NCBI RefSeq assembly: GCF_009914755.1
Contig: NC_060934.1
From: the human T2T-CHM13v2.0 reference genome, Homo sapiens
DNA length: 64,000 nucleotides
Strand: one strand, 5' to 3'
Below are positions 57,000 to 64,000 of the stretch, piece by piece. The translations under genes and the position numbers were made by a program. Under the pieces are notes generated by a model. It was given only the letters and a program-made list of their open reading frames with translations, was not told the DNA's origin and ran no database searches. Position 1 is the stretch's first letter, and each line of letters begins with the position of its first letter.

Positions 57000-57490
57000 T
57001 TTAACAATTCCCCATAGCCTAAATGCAAAATCGAAGGTCTTAAGCATGGCAAAGCATAATATGGTTCCTATCTTTAACTTAATCCTCATGTCTGTCCATC
57101 CCCACGTATACTTTGTATTTCAATTTATCAAATTATTTACAGGCCCAGAACATAAAATACTGCTTCAGCCTTCAGGCCTTTAGATAATATTTCCATTAGT
57201 TGAAATCTTCTCCCTCTTTACACGCCACTAGGTCACCAAACTGTCCCTGAAATTTCCACCCAACTTGGATATTTACTCCTCCAAGATGCTTCCCTACCCC
57301 TCCACTCCAAAATTAATCACCCTCTTTTCTATATTCAGTGTATTACTGCATGCATCAAGTGATGGCACAACTGTCCATATGTCAGTCCATACTCTATTGT
57401 AATGTAAACAATTCAAGCACAAAGTCTAAATTTTCCTGTTGCCAATGCCAAACATGAGGCTTGGCATGTGGTGGTTACTTAACAAATTTC
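57000..57490 (+). mobile_element. L2 fragments
   Basis: degenerate L2 3' text ending ggcttggcatgtggtggttacttaacaaattt. Confidence 0.45.
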
Positions 57491-57733
57491 ACTCTTATGT
57501 TTATTTCTGTACTAATTAAGACTGTAAAATTATCTAGGATGAAGCCTAAGTCTTATAATTCCTCCACAGCACACAGCATAGCAAGAGCACACTGCAGGCA
57601 TACAACAGTGATGGTTTAGCTAGCAGTGGAATGTTTACCGAAACACAGTTCCATGGACAAAATGCGCTTTTCAAACCATATGCTTACCTATAAGATAAGA
57701 TACGTATGTCCTACTGGAATTGCAAAAGGTCAT

Positions 57734-57736
<3 letters not shown>

Positions 57737-57792
<56 letters not shown>
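57737..57792. repeat. (TA)28 microsatellite
   Basis: 56 nt of uninterrupted TA. Confidence 0.97.
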
Positions 57793-57796
<4 letters not shown>

Positions 57797-58106
57797 TTTC
57801 TAGAGTTTTGAGCTACAAGAAACCAATAGCAATCACCTAGTCACAACCCTTAGGAAAGAACAGAAGCCTAGAAAAATTAAGTGGCTTACTCAAGGTTAAG
57901 GCTATAGCCAAAAGAGTCAAGACTAGGACTCAGATTGCCTAGGTTCTCTCACAATCCATGTAGCCTCCCTTTTGTACTATCTGACTTCTCCAAGTATGAC
58001 TGCTTTACTATTTTATATTTAGATGGTTAATATCCTCAATTGCAGGGCCTTTAAAAATTTTCCTTTTAAAATTTGTCTTTAACAAACAAATACTAAAAGT
58101 ACCAAC

Positions 58107-58221
58107 AAGTTCAACCAGGAAAACACCATTTCCAGTTCCAATATCAAGCACTGAAGCATCCAGTGGAATCTTGTGTTTCTGCATCCACCTTATTAGTCGA
58201 TTCATACTCTCTTCTCCAAAC
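58107..58221 (-). CDS. EEF1AKMT2: EEF1AKMT2 exon 3 (SAM-binding motif I)
   Basis: acceptor ctctaacag|G, donor CTT|GTTGGT; 115 nt; FGEESMNRLIRWMQKHKIPLDASVLDIGTGNGVFLVEL contains motif I VLDIGTGNG; overlaps ORF 58008..58205. Confidence 0.96.
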
Positions 58222-58551
58222 CTGTTAGAGAGAATCAGTCAAATAACTGAGGGATACAGAGCAAAAGTCACCACTATATTCCATTTAAGCTATTTATACC
58301 ATATGCTCAAACTCTTATTTGAAAGTGAAAACATCTGTGACTGCTTCAGCTTTGTCTCTACTGTAATTTAGGAGAAACCACCTCCAGGAATACAACAGAA
58401 TAGACAAGGTCAGTATGTTATTTACTAACATTTCTCTATATCAGCATTAACAGTTGTATGTGTTGGTGTCTCAGAATTTTATTGTTTATTGACAAAGGAC
58501 AACTATAGGGTGAAATGCTGTCATCAAACGTAAATGTGAGATATTAAAAGA

Positions 58552-58839
58552 GGGCTCACACCCATTCTCCCAACACTTTGGAAGGCCACGGTGGGAGGAC
58601 TGCTTGAGGCCAGGAGTTCGAGACCACCCTGGGTAACACAGTGAGACCCTGTCTCTACAAAAAAGAAAATTTGCTGGGCATGATGGCATGCAGCTATAGT
58701 CCCAGCTACCCAGGAGGCTGTGGCGGGAGGATCACCTGGGCCCAGGAGGTCCAGGATGTAACGAGTTATGATGATCATGCCACTGTACTCCAGCCTGGAT
58801 GACAGAATGACACCCCACCTCTCTAAAAAAAAAAAAAAA
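58552..58839 (+). mobile_element. AluJ in EEF1AKMT2 intron 2
   Basis: degenerate J-type Alu with A-tail. Confidence 0.9.
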
Positions 58840-58945
58840 GTAAAAAATTAAAAAAGAATAAAAGAAGAGACATACTTTAAATCTACCCACTAAAGCCAGA
58901 CTTAATCCAGGGTTCCCAGGATTTTTAGGCTTTCTTTGGGTATAA

Positions 58946-59256
<311 letters not shown>

Positions 59257-59337
59257 GAATATATACGTATTTTTTTAAACACACACACATATACATATAA
59301 TCTTCTAGATTATAACTTGATTCTTTTCCTAACTCAC

Positions 59338-59403
59338 CAGATTTCACCTGTATCTCCATATTCTCGGAAAGTTTGCAGTTCTCTCTCATAGACAGCATCC
59401 CAA
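59338..59403 (-). CDS. EEF1AKMT2: EEF1AKMT2 exon 2
   Basis: acceptor catag|T, donor TG|GTGAGT; 66 nt; (H)WDAVYERELQTFREYGDTGEI(W), in frame with exon 1. Confidence 0.96.
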
Positions 59404-59696
59404 CTATGTAAACAATGAAATGCAAAGCAAGACTCTTGAATTAAACTGTATTATGAATTAAATGTATGTTTCTAATACATTACAGAGCTATTTATGACAG
59501 AGGTTTAAACATCACTAGTGTTATTAATAAATACACATAGTTCAATCTTTTAACGTCCTTGAGTTAAAAGAAGGAAATACATGGGCAAGCAGAATACGTT
59601 TATACTGTACATGTAAAGCATTTAGGACAATATCTGATGCACAACAATAAGTTTTAGCCTAAAAAAACACAAAGACATTTGTCCACGTATCCCTAA

Positions 59697-60175
<479 letters not shown>

Positions 60176-60319
60176 TAGAATCCCTGCTCCCTCTCATCCC
60201 GCCAATTTACCTCTCCCCAACTGTTCCCTGCAGCCATTCATCCACCCACATTAATTCATTTAATAATTCCTGAGCGTCTGTTTGAGGTCAGATCGCTTTC
60301 TTTCACCCCAAGATCCCCC

Positions 60320-61310
60320 ACTATCTCCCCGCTCCCGCCTCGGGTCATCCGCTATTCCCACCCCACTTCCAGCTCCCACATCCCTCCCCTCCTACTCAGC
60401 CTTTTCGGCTCCCAGGCCCAGCACTTCTCCCTCGGTCTCTCACTCTCGCCGACCAGCCCTATTCGCCAGCCTCGCCCTCTCCCCGTTTCCCCCAAGCCTG
60501 GCCCTCAGGTTCGAGACTCCCAAAAGGCCTCCCAGGAGCCAAAGCCTGTCCCGCACCCACAAGCCCCTTGGGCTCCAATCCCTTGAAACGTCGGTTAACC
60601 GCGTAGGGCGACCCCTAGGGATTCCACTCTTTGAAATCCCCGTAAGCCCCCCGCCAGGTGGCCCTGCTCCCGTCACGCCCCCGAGGGTCTCCCTGTCCCT
60701 GAGCCCCGGGTCTCCACCCCGCCGTCCCCTTCTCGGGGCCCAGGCAGGGCGGCACGGCTCATCCTCCCCTGCCCAGCGTCACACTCACTGCTCGCGGGTC
60801 CCCAGCGCCGACGGGACGAAACCGTCCTCCCCGGGACTGCCCTTGTCCGACCGCGCCGCCACCGCAGCGCCACCGCTGCCGTCAGCGCCCGAGCTCATTT
60901 CGCTCCACGTCCTGGACGGCCGTTGGGGCCGCCATAGAGACGGGGCACAGGCAGAGCGGACGAGCGGACCGGCGCCTCTAGGCGGCGGGAGGCCGCCCTC
61001 TCGACTGCTCCAGCCCCCGCGCTGGGGCTGGGATGGGGACGCGACGCCCTCCGCTCTACCCCCGGCTCCCTGCGCCGGCGGGGACCCTGCGCTCTCCCCA
61101 CAGCGTTAGTGGCATCCCCTTCGTCGAGGTCCAAGAGCGGCTGTATTTGGGGACTGCTGTTCGTGAGGGACCATTAGAGGTATTGCATTTTGGAAAACGG
61201 CTGGCTTCCGCACCGTGGACACCTAAAGCCGACGCCGCTCTACCCAAACGCAGAAATCACTTCACCTCTCCACTGCGTGCGCCTGTCTGCGAAGCGGGTG
61301 CGAGCGTCCA
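60320..61310. promoter_or_regulatory. CpG island / promoter of EEF1AKMT2
   Basis: GC- and CpG-rich, non-repetitive, spans exon 1; YY1-like core ATGGCGGC (minus) 60928-60935; NRF1-like TGCGTGCGC near 61274. Confidence 0.88.
60789..60898 (-). CDS. EEF1AKMT2: EEF1A lysine methyltransferase 2 (METTL10), coding exon 1
   Basis: ATG at 60898; translates MSSGADGSGGAAVAARSDKGSPGEDGFVPSALGTRE + CA; donor CA|GTGAGT at 60789/60788; 110 nt; inside a CpG island. Confidence 0.96.
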
Positions 61311-61568
61311 TCCAGTTATTTGGCTCCTTGGCAAGAGGCCAACTTCGTTTCTGGCTAAGATTCTGACTTGAAAACTGCGTTCTGGCCTCTTGTGACTTGA
61401 TGTCACCGGTAGACGTGGAAATTTATGTCCAGGGAAAGGAATGCCCTGCAACTCTCCACAATACGCCAAACACGGGGATCAGTGTGTTGTGGAAGAAAGA
61501 CTGCTAAGTGAGAGGATGCCCGGATAAGCCTCAGCTCTGCCTCGACCCAGGCACCTGGCCTTGCTTAA

Positions 61569-62196
<628 letters not shown>

Positions 62197-62647
62197 CTCT
62201 TGTCTAAGTCTTAACCTCTGTGTGTTTCCTCCCTGTACCATGTCAGAACTAGACGGTGTCTTTGTTCCACAAAACTGCTCCCAACCCGCGAACCGGAGAT
62301 TGCATCTGCCTCTGGGTCTGAGTGCCATTGGTAGATCTGCAGTATAATACAAGAGATCTTATGGGCCAAAGTCTGGGGTATTTTCTGTAGTAGCTGTGAA
62401 ATACTGCTGGTCCTATGTCCTAGGCAAGGCCCTCAAATGCCCCTAGCGAGACTGCCTTCCAACCAAAAGGAATTGTTTGCTAGGCCACGTTTCTGTTGTC
62501 TTGGCAGACAGAAGCCCAGTAACAAGTCCCTAAAGATAAAATAGCATCAGAAATCCTTCCTAGGATCGGATGCGCATCTCCTATAGATGCTGTTCTGAGA
62601 TCTTCAGGCAGCCACTAGTGATAGGGTAAGATAAAAGGCAGACAGGA

Positions 62648-63911
<1,264 letters not shown>

Positions 63912-64000
63912 TCATTAGGTATTAAATCTGTTCTCTGGCAAAAAAAATTAATGAAATAAAATCGGCCTACATCAGAGTGTTGTTAGGAAGATTAGATAAG

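Noticed and set aside
60282-61371. 275-aa plus-strand ORF and neighbours
   Set aside because: Pro/Ser-rich, TTG start, antisense to EEF1AKMT2 exon 1; CpG-island artefact

Overview
Human genomic DNA (dense Alu, L1, L2, MIR, Tigger and MLT repeats); no prokaryotic features. I recognise it as the chr10q26.13 FAM53B / EEF1AKMT2 (METTL10) locus, both genes on the minus strand. 1-13.4 kb: FAM53B CpG-island promoter, non-coding exon 1 (donor at 13021/13020) and the start of intron 1. About 17-61 kb: EEF1AKMT2, an eEF1A lysine methyltransferase. Six coding exons reconstructed by hand, all with GT-AG junctions (60789-60898, 59338-59403, 58107-58221, 43713-43820, 34397-34613, 29415-29509), give a 236-aa seven-beta-strand methyltransferase. 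An antisense-Alu cassette exon (31306-31564) gives a 291-aa form whose stop codon is split across a splice junction. Also present: an RNY3 retrocopy, a full-length Tigger1 nested in an L2 and itself hit by seven Alu segments, a 56-bp tandem repeat and about 60 Alus. I found no new protein-coding system. The best leads are regulatory or structural: an Alu exon plus a 3'UTR intron that could act as an isoform-selective NMD filter, an overlapping uORF, two inverted Alus around the promoter that look gene-converted, a bulged hairpin in FAM53B intron 1, and a template-switch scar. Gene names and repeat subfamilies come from recognition, not database searches; repeat boundaries are approximate.
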